Of a DNA stretch of 64,000 nucleotides, positions 55,540 to 64,000 are shown piece by piece. The translations under genes were made by a program, and so were the position numbers. Source of the DNA: a virus. The notes under the pieces were generated by a model. That model was not told where the DNA came from. It did not search any database and saw only the letters and a list, made by a program, of their open reading frames with translations. How positions within the stretch are numbered: the stretch's first letter is position 1; each line of letters starts with the position of its first letter. The stretch lies in the IMG/VR virus record IMGVR_UViG_3300025141_016157, positions 1-64,000 of that record, one strand, 5' to 3'.

Positions 55540-57168
55540 ATGGCACCACCTAAAAAAAGTAGACAGGTACAAGAAATAATCAAGTGTGGAAAAGATCCTT
55601 CATATTTCTTTAACAATTACGTAAAAATTCAACACCCTGTTCGCGGATTAATAAAGTTTGATACATTTGAGTTTCAAGATAGCTGTGTTGAAACATTTTC
55701 TGAAGAAAGATTTTCAATAGTTTTAAAATCAAGACAGCTAGGCCTCTCTACACTTGTTGCAGCCTATTCCCTGTGGATGGCTCTATATCAGAGAGATAAA
55801 AATATTCTTGTAATTGCTACAAAGCTTACTGTTGCACAAAATTTTATTACAAAAGTAAAGACTATGCTGAGATCTCTTCCGCCATGGGTTGTCTTGCCTG
55901 AGCTTGTTGCAAACAATAAGCAATTATTGCAATTTAGTAATGGATCAACAGTAAAGGCAATTCCGACTTCTGATGATGCTGGAAGATCAGAGGCACTTAG
56001 CCTGCTTATCGTTGACGAAGCAGCGTTTGTTAAGAACTTTGACTCATTGTGGATGGGACTATATCCTACAATTTCAACTGGGGGAAGGGTTATAATACTT
56101 TCAACACCAAACGGTGTAGGTGGGCAATACCACAAGCTCTATACAGATGCAGAAGCAGGTTTAAATGAGTTTAAATCAATAAAGCTTCCATGGGATGTTC
56201 ACCCAGAAAGAGATGATGAGTGGTTTGAAGAAACTACAAAGAATCTATCAGATAGACAAATTGCCCAGGAGTATCTCTGTGACTTCTCTGCCTCTGGCGA
56301 AACCTTTCTATCAAAGAACGACCTAGAGTATATCAGACAGTCTGCCAGAGCTCCTATTGAAAGGTCTGGACCATCATCGTGTGTATGGACTTGGAAATAC
56401 CCACTTTCTGAGCATGAGTATATTATTTCTGCAGATGTTTCAAGGGGAGATTCTCGAGATTATTCAACATTTCATGTCATAGACATTAATGAGAGTGAGT
56501 GTGTTGCAGAATACAAGGGGAAGATACCCCCTGATAGATTTGGTGAGTTATTAGCAGAATATGGAAAAAAATATAATAACGCATTAGTCTGCCCGGAAAA
56601 TAATTCATACGGGTATGCGACAATTTTAAAATTAAAGGAAATTCAATATCCCAATTTGTATTTTAAGAGAAGAAAGGCTGTTTTTATAGGCGATTATATT
56701 CCTGACTCAAACCCAGATCTAGCTGGATTTACAACTAGCGGAAGAACAAGATCACTAATTTTAACAAAGCTTGAAGAAGTTTTAAGAAATAAAATGGTAA
56801 AAATCTATAGCACGAGATTTTACGAAGAGTTAAAAACTTTTATATGGATAGGTAGCAAAGCACAGGGAATGAAAGGTCACAATGATGATCTTGTCATGAG
56901 TATGGCAATTGGTGTCTGGCTTTTTGATGCTGCTGACGGATATAGTAAATCAAGTAGAGATGTAAACAATGCAATGCTAAAAGCAATGTCAGTTACGAGA
57001 AATCCATACGAAGATTTGCCAGACGCAATACTTGAAGGAAGACCTCATAACAACCCAGGAAGTGAAAGAAAAAATGTAGATCCGTCAAATCCTGTAAAAA
57101 GAGGTATTCACAGTTCGGATATAAAGAATAAAATAAAGATACTTAATGACTGGAAATGGATTTTATAG
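55540..57168 (+). CDS. terminase large subunit (T4 gp17-like)
   Basis: KSRQLGLST Walker A, LLIVDEAAF Walker B, STPNG, AQEYLCDF, nuclease ADVSRG..DYS, PENN, HNDDLVMS. ATG 55540 is preferred over TTG 55531. Confidence 0.95.
   Translation: MAPPKKSRQVQEIIKCGKDPSYFFNNYVKIQHPVRGLIKFDTFEFQDSCVETFSEERFSIVLKSRQLGLSTLVAAYSLWMALYQRDKNILVIATKLTVAQNFITKVKTMLRSLPPWVVLPELVANNKQLLQFSNGSTVKAIPTSDDAGRSEALSLLIVDEAAFVKNFDSLWMGLYPTISTGGRVIILSTPNGVGGQYHKLYTDAEAGLNEFKSIKLPWDVHPERDDEWFEETTKNLSDRQIAQEYLCDFSASGETFLSKNDLEYIRQSARAPIERSGPSSCVWTWKYPLSEHEYIISADVSRGDSRDYSTFHVIDINESECVAEYKGKIPPDRFGELLAEYGKKYNNALVCPENNSYGYATILKLKEIQYPNLYFKRRKAVFIGDYIPDSNPDLAGFTTSGRTRSLILTKLEEVLRNKMVKIYSTRFYEELKTFIWIGSKAQGMKGHNDDLVMSMAIGVWLFDAADGYSKSSRDVNNAMLKAMSVTRNPYEDLPDAILEGRPHNNPGSERKNVDPSNPVKRGIHSSDIKNKIKILNDWKWIL
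57139..57145 (+). promoter_or_regulatory. candidate late promoter ATACTTA
   Basis: Inside the terminase 3' end, 34 nt before the portal ATG. Confidence 0.35.
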
Positions 57169-57179
57169 GTTAGAAAATT

Positions 57180-59222
57180 ATGGCAGAAGAACCAGCAACA
57201 TCACTGTTTAGAAGACTTACAACACTTTTTAGAAGTGGGCCAGTAATCAAGAGAAAGGTTAGGAACCTTGATTCTTCGATGAAAACATCGTCTGCATTTG
57301 AACTCTTTAGAAAAAACCAGAGTCACGTCTACAGTAGTGCAATGAGTGCGTATGGCACATACGATAGAATGGCAAGGTATTCAGATTTTAGTGAGATGGA
57401 GTATACACCTGAAATTTCAAGTGCACTAGATATATACTCTGAGGAAACAGTTGCAGCAGATGAGCACGGAAGGGTTCTACACGTATATTCTGAAAATCAC
57501 ACGATTGAAAAACTTTTAAATGATTTATTTTATGATACTCTTAATGTTGAGTTTAATTTAACTGCATGGGCAAGAAACTTATGCAAATATGGAGACTTTT
57601 TTCTTTTTAATGATGTATCTCCTGAGCATGGAGTTATCAGTGCATTTCCTATACCTGTTAATGAAATAGAGCGTGAAGAGGGCTATGATCCAGAAGATCC
57701 CATGGCTGTAAGGTTTAGATGGGTTACACAGGGTAATCAAGTTCTTGAAAATTGGCAAATTGCACACATGAGAGTTTTGGGAAATGATGCATTTTTGCCG
57801 TATGGGTCTTCTGTTCTAGAGGCAGCAAGAAGAATTTGGAGACAGCTTATCCTTGTTGAGGACGCAATGCTTGTATATAGAATAGTAAGGTCTCCTGAAA
57901 GAAGGGTATTTTATATAGACGTTGGAAATGTCCCCCCGGAAGACATTCCAAATTATATGGAGCAGGTTCAATCAACTTTGAAAAAAGCACAAGTTGTCGA
58001 TAAGACAACAGGAAGAGTTGACTTAAGATATAATCCGCTATCTGTAGACGAAGATTACTACCTTCCTGTTCGAGGAAGTGATTCAGGAACGAAAATAGAC
58101 ACACTTGCCGGTGGACAAAATGCAACAGCAATTGAAGATGTCGAATATATACAGAAAAAATTATTTGCTGCTTTAAAAATTCCAAAAGCATACCTCGGAT
58201 ATGACGAAGGTCTTGGGGCAAAGGCAACACTATCTCAGGAAGATATTAGATTTTCTAGAACAATTGCTAGAATACAGCGAACTGTAATTGCTGAATTAAA
58301 TAAAATGGCAATTATTCATCTTTATTGTAATGGTTTCGAGGGTGAAGATTTACTTGATTTTGATCTAAAGCTATCCAATCCGTCTACAATTGCACAGCAG
58401 CAAAAGCTTGAACTATATAGAACAAGATTTGATGTTGCCACAACAGCAAACAATATAGAAGGTCTCGTAAGTAGGGACTGGGTGAGAAAAAGAATATTCA
58501 ACATGACAGATGATCAAATAGACGATCTTAAGATCCAAAGAGAGACAGATAAGCTAGATGATCTTAGAATAGAATCTGTTACACTGCCGCAGACTGAAGG
58601 GGCCGGTGAAGAACCTGAAGTAGATACTTCACTGCCCGGTGGTCCACCAGGAGGGGTAGAAATTGAGGATCTTGCAGACTCTGACAATAACAAGACTCTT
58701 CCGATTCTAGCGGAACCATCGTTCGTTGCAATGAGCATGAACGATGATAACTCTCCTATCAAGGCTCAGGAAAAAGTTGACAATATTTCGAAAATTTTAA
58801 ATTCAACCTTGTCAGAAGAAACATCGATTGTAGAAAAAGCAAATGATAAAGGTTATGACAATAGAAAAAGAAGAAAGAGAAATTCTCTAAATACAAATCA
58901 TGCAGCTATGACAATGCACGACCATGACGATACCGATGATTCACTTTCAGGAGATCCAGTAAAAGATATGAGGGAAAAAGAAGCTTCAAAGAGAAAGGAA
59001 GATGCAAATCCTGCAAGTCTTATAAATAGAGAGCTAAAAAATGCATCTAGCCTCCCTTCTGTATTTGAATCAGATTCAGCTTATATGTCAGCTTATTTTA
59101 ATGATAAGGTAAATGTTCAAAATAGAATGTCAGATAGATTAAGATCTACATTAAAATCCCTTGAGAGAAACATACATATTAAAAAGAAAAAGACATTATT
59201 GTCTGAAGAAAATGAGGTGTAA
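57180..59222 (+). CDS. portal protein (T4 gp20-like)
   Basis: EDAMLVYRIVRSPERRVFYIDVGN, EDYYLPVRG, IDTLAGG, DVEYIQKKLFAALKIP, EDIRF. Confidence 0.95.
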   Translation: MAEEPATSLFRRLTTLFRSGPVIKRKVRNLDSSMKTSSAFELFRKNQSHVYSSAMSAYGTYDRMARYSDFSEMEYTPEISSALDIYSEETVAADEHGRVLHVYSENHTIEKLLNDLFYDTLNVEFNLTAWARNLCKYGDFFLFNDVSPEHGVISAFPIPVNEIEREEGYDPEDPMAVRFRWVTQGNQVLENWQIAHMRVLGNDAFLPYGSSVLEAARRIWRQLILVEDAMLVYRIVRSPERRVFYIDVGNVPPEDIPNYMEQVQSTLKKAQVVDKTTGRVDLRYNPLSVDEDYYLPVRGSDSGTKIDTLAGGQNATAIEDVEYIQKKLFAALKIPKAYLGYDEGLGAKATLSQEDIRFSRTIARIQRTVIAELNKMAIIHLYCNGFEGEDLLDFDLKLSNPSTIAQQQKLELYRTRFDVATTANNIEGLVSRDWVRKRIFNMTDDQIDDLKIQRETDKLDDLRIESVTLPQTEGAGEEPEVDTSLPGGPPGGVEIEDLADSDNNKTLPILAEPSFVAMSMNDDNSPIKAQEKVDNISKILNSTLSEETSIVEKANDKGYDNRKRRKRNSLNTNHAAMTMHDHDDTDDSLSGDPVKDMREKEASKRKEDANPASLINRELKNASSLPSVFESDSAYMSAYFNDKVNVQNRMSDRLRSTLKSLERNIHIKKKKTLLSEENEV

Positions 59223-59225
59223 CTC

Positions 59226-60080
59226 GTGACAAAATCTCACAACAAGAAAAGAAATGTAGGTGTGGTATACGAGCTTCTTTTAAGAAGGGTCTCTGAGTGC
59301 TTAGTAAGTGAAAATAAAAAAGAAGCACAAGAGACTTTAGATATTCTTTCAAGGAAGTTTAAAAAAGGGACAAATCTTTACAAAGAGTTTAGGCTTTTCA
59401 GAGCACTCGCAAAATCACAAGTATCTGATAGTGAAACTGCAAGGGCAATATTAAGAGAAGCAAAGGGTGCAGCAATAAGAACTGACCTAAAATCTCTTGA
59501 AAAAGAAAAGTCTTCTTTAATTAGAGAGATGAATTATAAATTAAAAGATTCAAATCTATATAGAAGGTATGTTCCAGATTATAAGACGCTTGCAACGATT
59601 CAGACACTGCTAAATGACTGGCGAGACCAAGATGACACAAATATAGAAAGAATAGCACTTTATGAATCAAAAGTAGTAGATCATCTTTTGAAAGAAAAAG
59701 ATAGTCTTGACATTGAAAATCAAACAAATCCTGATATTGATAGTCTTGTTGTAAAGATAATGACAGAGAAAATTAATAAGAAGTATGATAAACAATTCAA
59801 CTCTGACCAAAGAGAGATTTTAAAGCTTTATGCATTTTCCGGTACAGATGACGACACGTCAAATAAAAAATTATCTACATGTCTTGAAGAGATTTCTAAA
59901 AAATCGCTTAGAGATATTGTAAGGCTTAAAAAGAGCACATCAAATGAAACAATTATAGAAAAGATATCAAGTGTTAAGAATCAAATACTCTTAGAATCAA
60001 AAAGAGACATAGATGATAAAAAAATAGTTAGATTTTTAACGCTAATAGATCTTTGCAAAGAAATAAGGGAGTCTGTATAA
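59226..60080 (+). CDS. hypothetical head-module protein
   Basis: GAGGTG RBS; HNKKRNVGVVYELL N-terminus; lies between portal and protease. Confidence 0.7.
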   Translation: MTKSHNKKRNVGVVYELLLRRVSECLVSENKKEAQETLDILSRKFKKGTNLYKEFRLFRALAKSQVSDSETARAILREAKGAAIRTDLKSLEKEKSSLIREMNYKLKDSNLYRRYVPDYKTLATIQTLLNDWRDQDDTNIERIALYESKVVDHLLKEKDSLDIENQTNPDIDSLVVKIMTEKINKKYDKQFNSDQREILKLYAFSGTDDDTSNKKLSTCLEEISKKSLRDIVRLKKSTSNETIIEKISSVKNQILLESKRDIDDKKIVRFLTLIDLCKEIRESV

Positions 60081-60694
60081 TGTCTAATTCAATGAAACTT
60101 TTAACAGAGTGGATGCCTTTAAAGGTTGATAAGAGTATTATCTCTGAATCAAAGAGGGAGCACGGCGGAAAATTATTCTTAAAGGGAGTTTTGCAAAGAT
60201 GTGATACTCTAAACCAGAATGGAAGAATTTATCCAAAGTCTGTTCTTGAAAGAGAAATGATAAACTATCAAAAGTTTATAAAAGAAAACAGAGCGCTTGG
60301 TGAGTGTGACCATCCAGATACAAGCGTAATTGAATTGAAAAATGTCTCACACATTGTCCGAGAGGCACATCTTAATGGTGACGATGTTGTTGGAACTATA
60401 GAGCTTTTGGACACACCTGCAGGAAAAATATTACAAAGTCTAGTTGAATCTGGTGTTACCCTGGGGATAAGCTCACGAGGCGTAGGATCTACTATAAATG
60501 AAAGCGGAAATCAGATCGTTCAAGACGACTTTCAGCTAATTTGCTTTGATATGGTGTCAGAACCCTCTACACCCGGAGCATTCATGCTTAACGAGGGGAA
60601 AAACATATCCAGGAAAGATCTAGACAAACACTTTAACTCTTCTGACAAAATAGATAGAATTTTTAATGAAATATTGATGTGGGAAAATGAGTAG
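60080..60694 (+). CDS. prohead core protease (T4 gp21-like)
   Basis: NQNGRIYP, ALGECDHP, VSH, GISSRGVGS, FDMVSEPSTPGA. ATG 60080 overlaps the upstream TAA. Confidence 0.93.
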   Translation: MSNSMKLLTEWMPLKVDKSIISESKREHGGKLFLKGVLQRCDTLNQNGRIYPKSVLEREMINYQKFIKENRALGECDHPDTSVIELKNVSHIVREAHLNGDDVVGTIELLDTPAGKILQSLVESGVTLGISSRGVGSTINESGNQIVQDDFQLICFDMVSEPSTPGAFMLNEGKNISRKDLDKHFNSSDKIDRIFNEILMWENE

Positions 60695-61094
60695 CAAATT
60701 ATCTAAATCAGATCTTAAAGCGATAGTCAAAGAATGTCTTGTAGAAATTTTAAAAGAAGGCATTATGAGCCCGTCATCTACTTCTAGCTCACTAAATGAA
60801 AATAAAAGATCTAGAAGGTCATCTTTTGACCATGTATCATGGGCAAAAGAATCACACCCAGAAGAAAAAATTGATTATAATGAACATGCAAGAAGTTTAA
60901 CTGATAATTCAATTCTTGCTGAAGTGCTTGCTGATAGTCAAAATACAATGATAAACCAGATAAACGCTGAAAAGATGGGAAAGTCAGCAATGTCAGGTGA
61001 CTTTGCTGAAAGAAAGGTTGCGTCATCTGATCCGGCTGATCTTTTTGGCGATGCAGCTGGAAACTGGGCAGCACTAGCATTTGGAAATAAGTGA
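60687..61094 (+). CDS. hypothetical head-module protein
   Basis: LKAIVKECL N-terminal motif; ends WAALAF. Confidence 0.7.
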   Translation: MSSKLSKSDLKAIVKECLVEILKEGIMSPSSTSSSLNENKRSRRSSFDHVSWAKESHPEEKIDYNEHARSLTDNSILAEVLADSQNTMINQINAEKMGKSAMSGDFAERKVASSDPADLFGDAAGNWAALAFGNK

Positions 61095-61139
61095 CATCCA
61101 CTTTTTTTACTTTTTGCTGATAATAATTGATCCATTAGC

Positions 61140-61146
61140 ATATTTA
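61140..61146 (+). promoter_or_regulatory. candidate late promoter ATATTTA
   Basis: Followed by an AGGAGG RBS and start at 61161/61164. Confidence 0.5.
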
Positions 61147-61160
61147 ACATCAGGAGGAAT

Positions 61161-61406
61161 GTGATGTCTTCACTTACTGTAAGTAAATTAAAGCAAATTA
61201 TAAAAGAGGAAAAGAAAGCACTTAAAGATGCGGGGCTTATATCTTCTGAAACAGTTGATGGCGCATGGTCTGGGGGCGATAACCTTGTTCACAAAATTGA
61301 TTATGTTAAAAAGCTTGGAATCAAAGAGAGAAAGCTAAGAAAAAAAGCAGAAATCTATAGACAGCTTAGAGAAAAACTTGAAAGATCAATAAAGAGGAGT
61401 AAGTAA
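61161..61406 (+). CDS. small basic head-module protein
   Basis: AGGAGG RBS; LKQIIKEE motif. Confidence 0.75.
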   Translation: MMSSLTVSKLKQIIKEEKKALKDAGLISSETVDGAWSGGDNLVHKIDYVKKLGIKERKLRKKAEIYRQLREKLERSIKRSK

Positions 61407-62005
61407 TGCCCACACAGTCACAAATACTCATAGACGGAAATTCAAAAGCAATAAGCCCTAAAAGAACATATGGTGATAGAAATCAAGCTTCTCTTGACCT
61501 TATGTTCCCAGGATCGCCAGTTTACACAAACCTGCTTACTGATGATGGTCTCAAGGAGACCTATGACCAGATTATTAATGGAAAACCAACTGATGCACTT
61601 CAGTCAGGTACTGGTCTTACATATGGTGGCGGATCAGGCTTTGGGCTAGCTTCCTTTGATACAAATTATATATCTAATGGCGCACCAGATATTGGAGCAA
61701 ATGCTGCTACTAAAGATGGCAAGCAATTTGGAAAAGGCGAGGGTGCACCTACAACGCCATATGTTCCACCTCTTACTTCACCTGGTGTAGGAAGCGTTGC
61801 CGCAGCAGACCAGCCACCTTATGACATCAAAGCCGGACCTCTTCTTGGGTATGATTCAGACGGAAAGCTTGAAGCACAGAATGAGTTTGGATCCGGCTAT
61901 GGATCAACTGCAAACCCAGCTGTAACAAGTGATGAGATAGACAACCAGTCTCTTGGAACTCTAATCTCAGGAAGATCGTATACAAATTCAGATACCCTTG
62001 GATAG
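61406..62005 (+). CDS. Gly/Pro/Ser-rich hypothetical virion protein
   Basis: GAGGAG RBS; TAATG stop/start overlap. Confidence 0.7.
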   Translation: MPTQSQILIDGNSKAISPKRTYGDRNQASLDLMFPGSPVYTNLLTDDGLKETYDQIINGKPTDALQSGTGLTYGGGSGFGLASFDTNYISNGAPDIGANAATKDGKQFGKGEGAPTTPYVPPLTSPGVGSVAAADQPPYDIKAGPLLGYDSDGKLEAQNEFGSGYGSTANPAVTSDEIDNQSLGTLISGRSYTNSDTLG

Positions 62006-62010
62006 CCAAG

Positions 62011-62643
62011 TTGTCTAGATACTACTATAACCCATCATCCGCCAACAGTGATGGCCGGACAGGCATGGGTTATGGAAAGTCTCAAAAAATACCTTCAGCA
62101 AATACAGGTCTAGGATCAACATGGGCAATGGGTTGGGAAACTGGAATATATCCGCCTGAACCTCCAGATGATGAAGATGTTGAGTTGCCATTTGATGATG
62201 AAGATGACTTCGTTGAATTTCTATCCAAGATTAACTTGGGTTATCAATCTGCAGATTCTGTAAGGCCACGTGCTGATTTCTCTTCCTATGCCAGTACTAG
62301 TAATAGATTTTCAACTGTTGGTCTTGCAGAACAAAATATTGCAACTATGAAAGGAATGGTTCCCATAACAAGGAAGGTAAAGTATCCAAGCGGCCTTGGC
62401 ATGGCTACTGGCGGCTCTTCAAGTGAGTTTGGATCTACAAGAACTGCTCCGGGAAAGGTCGGAGGAGACGGTACACAGTTTGGTTTTGCTAGAAGAACTC
62501 TTGACCTAGACGGTCAAGGCGACATGGAAATAATGTCACTTTTGGATATACTTGGTATGTCTGATGATGAGAGAAATTTTCTAAGACAGCAGAAAAAAAT
62601 TAAAGATACGCTAATGGTAGTTGAATCTTTACTTAATAAATGA
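62011..62643 (+). CDS. hypothetical protein
   Basis: TTG start; fills the gap in the head module. Confidence 0.6.
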   Translation: MSRYYYNPSSANSDGRTGMGYGKSQKIPSANTGLGSTWAMGWETGIYPPEPPDDEDVELPFDDEDDFVEFLSKINLGYQSADSVRPRADFSSYASTSNRFSTVGLAEQNIATMKGMVPITRKVKYPSGLGMATGGSSSEFGSTRTAPGKVGGDGTQFGFARRTLDLDGQGDMEIMSLLDILGMSDDERNFLRQQKKIKDTLMVVESLLNK

Positions 62644-62675
62644 TAAATATTGATATAAGTTTTGTCTTTTAAGAC

Positions 62676-62682
62676 ATATTTA
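62676..62682 (+). promoter_or_regulatory. candidate late promoter ATATTTA
   Basis: 22 nt before ATG 62705, with a GAGGAG RBS between. Confidence 0.5.
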
Positions 62683-62704
62683 ACTTTCGAGGAGTCATAG
62701 CAGA

Positions 62705-64000
62705 ATGTCATCTAAAATTTATGAAGAAGCATTAGCAGAAGCAAAGCAGCTTAGAGAGATAGCTGAGCAAAATGCTAAGAACGCTATCGTAGAGGCCGTA
62801 ACGCCAAAAATAAGAGAGTTTATTGATAATCAATTAATGGGAGAATCTGGCAATAGATCCAATAGTGATTCTAGTGTTGATGAAATCATATCAGAGTCTC
62901 TCGGTTTTGATTCAAGTAGCGAAGATGTCATCTTGGATGACAGTGCTATGCAATCTCTTGCCGGACTACTTGGTTCAGCAGGATCAAATAAAGAAGTTTT
63001 AACAATGCTAGCTGAGTCAATTAATGAGCTAGAACCAACACAAGCTGATCTTGTTTTATCTGCAGCTAAAAAATTAGATTCAACAGGTAATAGTTTCGAC
63101 TCAGACAAAAAAAATAAAAAAGTAGAAAATCTACAGGAGAATAACCAAATGGCATCAAACGAAAGAATTTATGAAGTTGACCTCGGCCTGTTAAAGGAAG
63201 AGCTGTCAAGAGGATCACTATATGAGGTTGGCGATGAAGAGCCAGAAGAACCAGATAGTGATGAAACTGATCAGTCAGAAGAAAAACAGCTTAAGGAAAT
63301 GTTAAGAAGTCTTGGACTACTTAACGAAGACAAGATAGAGATTGATCTTGGAGAAGATGTTGAGCTTCCAGAAGATGTTCAAATAGTTGCAAGACTTCTT
63401 CAAGATGAAGATGAAGATCTTGAAGCTGATCTTGAACTCGATGATGAGGTTATGGATGTAGAATTAGACGATGATGAGGTTGTCGAAGATGACCTTGACG
63501 TATCTCTTGACGAAACATTTGAAATTAACGCAACAGTTCTTAAAGAAGAGCTTCTCAGGATGAAGCGATTGGTAAGAGAGGCTAAAAGCCTTGCAGATGC
63601 CAAGGGCGGAACAGATTCCAAAGAAGACTCCTGGGGCGGAAAAGGAAATGCAAAGGCAGGTCTTAAGCATGCTTATGGCGGCAAAGGCTCTGGCAAAGGA
63701 AATGCATTTGGCGGCGGAACTGAAAAAGGTGACGTCTATAAGGTTAAACTCAATGCCCTCAAGGAGACATTGAGAAAAGAGTTGCGCAAGAATCGCACTC
63801 TAGAGACGAGGCTCGATGAATACAGAAGTGCAGTTGAAACACTTCGTGAGCAATTAACAGATCTCAATCTGTTCAACGCAAAACTACTCTACGTAAATAA
63901 ACTCTTCCAGGATAAGTCAGTTACTCCTACACGACGCAGGTCGATGATGGAATCAATTGATGGAGCAAAGAGTTTGAGAGAGGTCAAGCTAATTTATAAG
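62705..64000 (+). CDS. prohead scaffolding/core protein (gp22-like), 5' part (runs off the right edge; not in the ORF track)
   Basis: Open from ATG 62705: MSSKIYEEALAEAKQLREIAEQNAKNAIVEAVTPKIREF..., acidic middle, coiled coil ending DLNLFNAKLLYVNKLF; position after the protease. Confidence 0.8.
   Translation, partial: MSSKIYEEALAEAKQLREIAEQNAKNAIVEAVTPKIREFIDNQLMGESGNRSNSDSSVDEIISESLGFDSSSEDVILDDSAMQSLAGLLGSAGSNKEVLTMLAESINELEPTQADLVLSAAKKLDSTGNSFDSDKKNKKVENLQENNQMASNERIYEVDLGLLKEELSRGSLYEVGDEEPEEPDSDETDQSEEKQLKEMLRSLGLLNEDKIEIDLGEDVELPEDVQIVARLLQDEDEDLEADLELDDEVMDVELDDDEVVEDDLDVSLDETFEINATVLKEELLRMKRLVREAKSLADAKGGTDSKEDSWGGKGNAKAGLKHAYGGKGSGKGNAFGGGTEKGDVYKVKLNALKETLRKELRKNRTLETRLDEYRSAVETLREQLTDLNLFNAKLLYVNKLFQDKSVTPTRRRSMMESIDGAKSLREVKLIYK

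Noticed and set aside
55540-59222. Inteins or introns in terminase or portal
   Set aside because: Conserved motifs are contiguous at normal spacing, with no splice-junction or homing-endonuclease motifs.
1-64000. tRNA, rRNA or IS elements
   Set aside because: Intergenic gaps are at most about 110 nt and show no cloverleaf or terminal repeats by eye; no transposase ORF. tRNAscan-SE or Infernal would be needed for a firm exclusion.

Overview
This is a 64 kb, AT-rich, very gene-dense segment in which every credible gene lies on the + strand. It is best read as part of a large (probably jumbo) T4-like contractile-tailed phage genome using the standard genetic code. Left to right: (1) a nucleotide-sugar and glycan-tailoring cluster (partial RmlB, RmlA, a divergent GT-B, PIG-L deacetylase, WbqC-like protein, UDP-sugar dehydrogenase, SDR epimerase), a QueF paralogue lacking its catalytic Cys, a Cas4/RecB-like nuclease and two GT4-type glycosyltransferases; (2) a gp55-like late sigma factor and a long baseplate/fibre module (gp5-, gp25- and gp6-like proteins, LamG proteins, modular fibres) containing an FkbM methyltransferase and an HPD J-domain-like protein; (3) RuvC, primase and a fused Mre11-Rad50; (4) terminase, portal, prohead protease and the 5' part of the scaffold gene. 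The best candidate for an undescribed system is phage-encoded virion O-glycosylation. Exposed tail, baseplate and fibre proteins are rich in a [S/T]-G-S tripeptide (also [S/T]-A-S). [S/T]GS is absent from the terminase, portal and Mre11-Rad50, and the genome encodes sugar synthesis, tailoring and transfer enzymes next to these structural genes. Other observations are two candidate promoter classes, a tail-collar-like domain split across gene pairs, an anti-SD leader before the strongly codon-biased fibre gene, and an in-frame internal start in the scaffold gene. All calls come from motif recognition by eye and counts were done by hand; no database searches were run.
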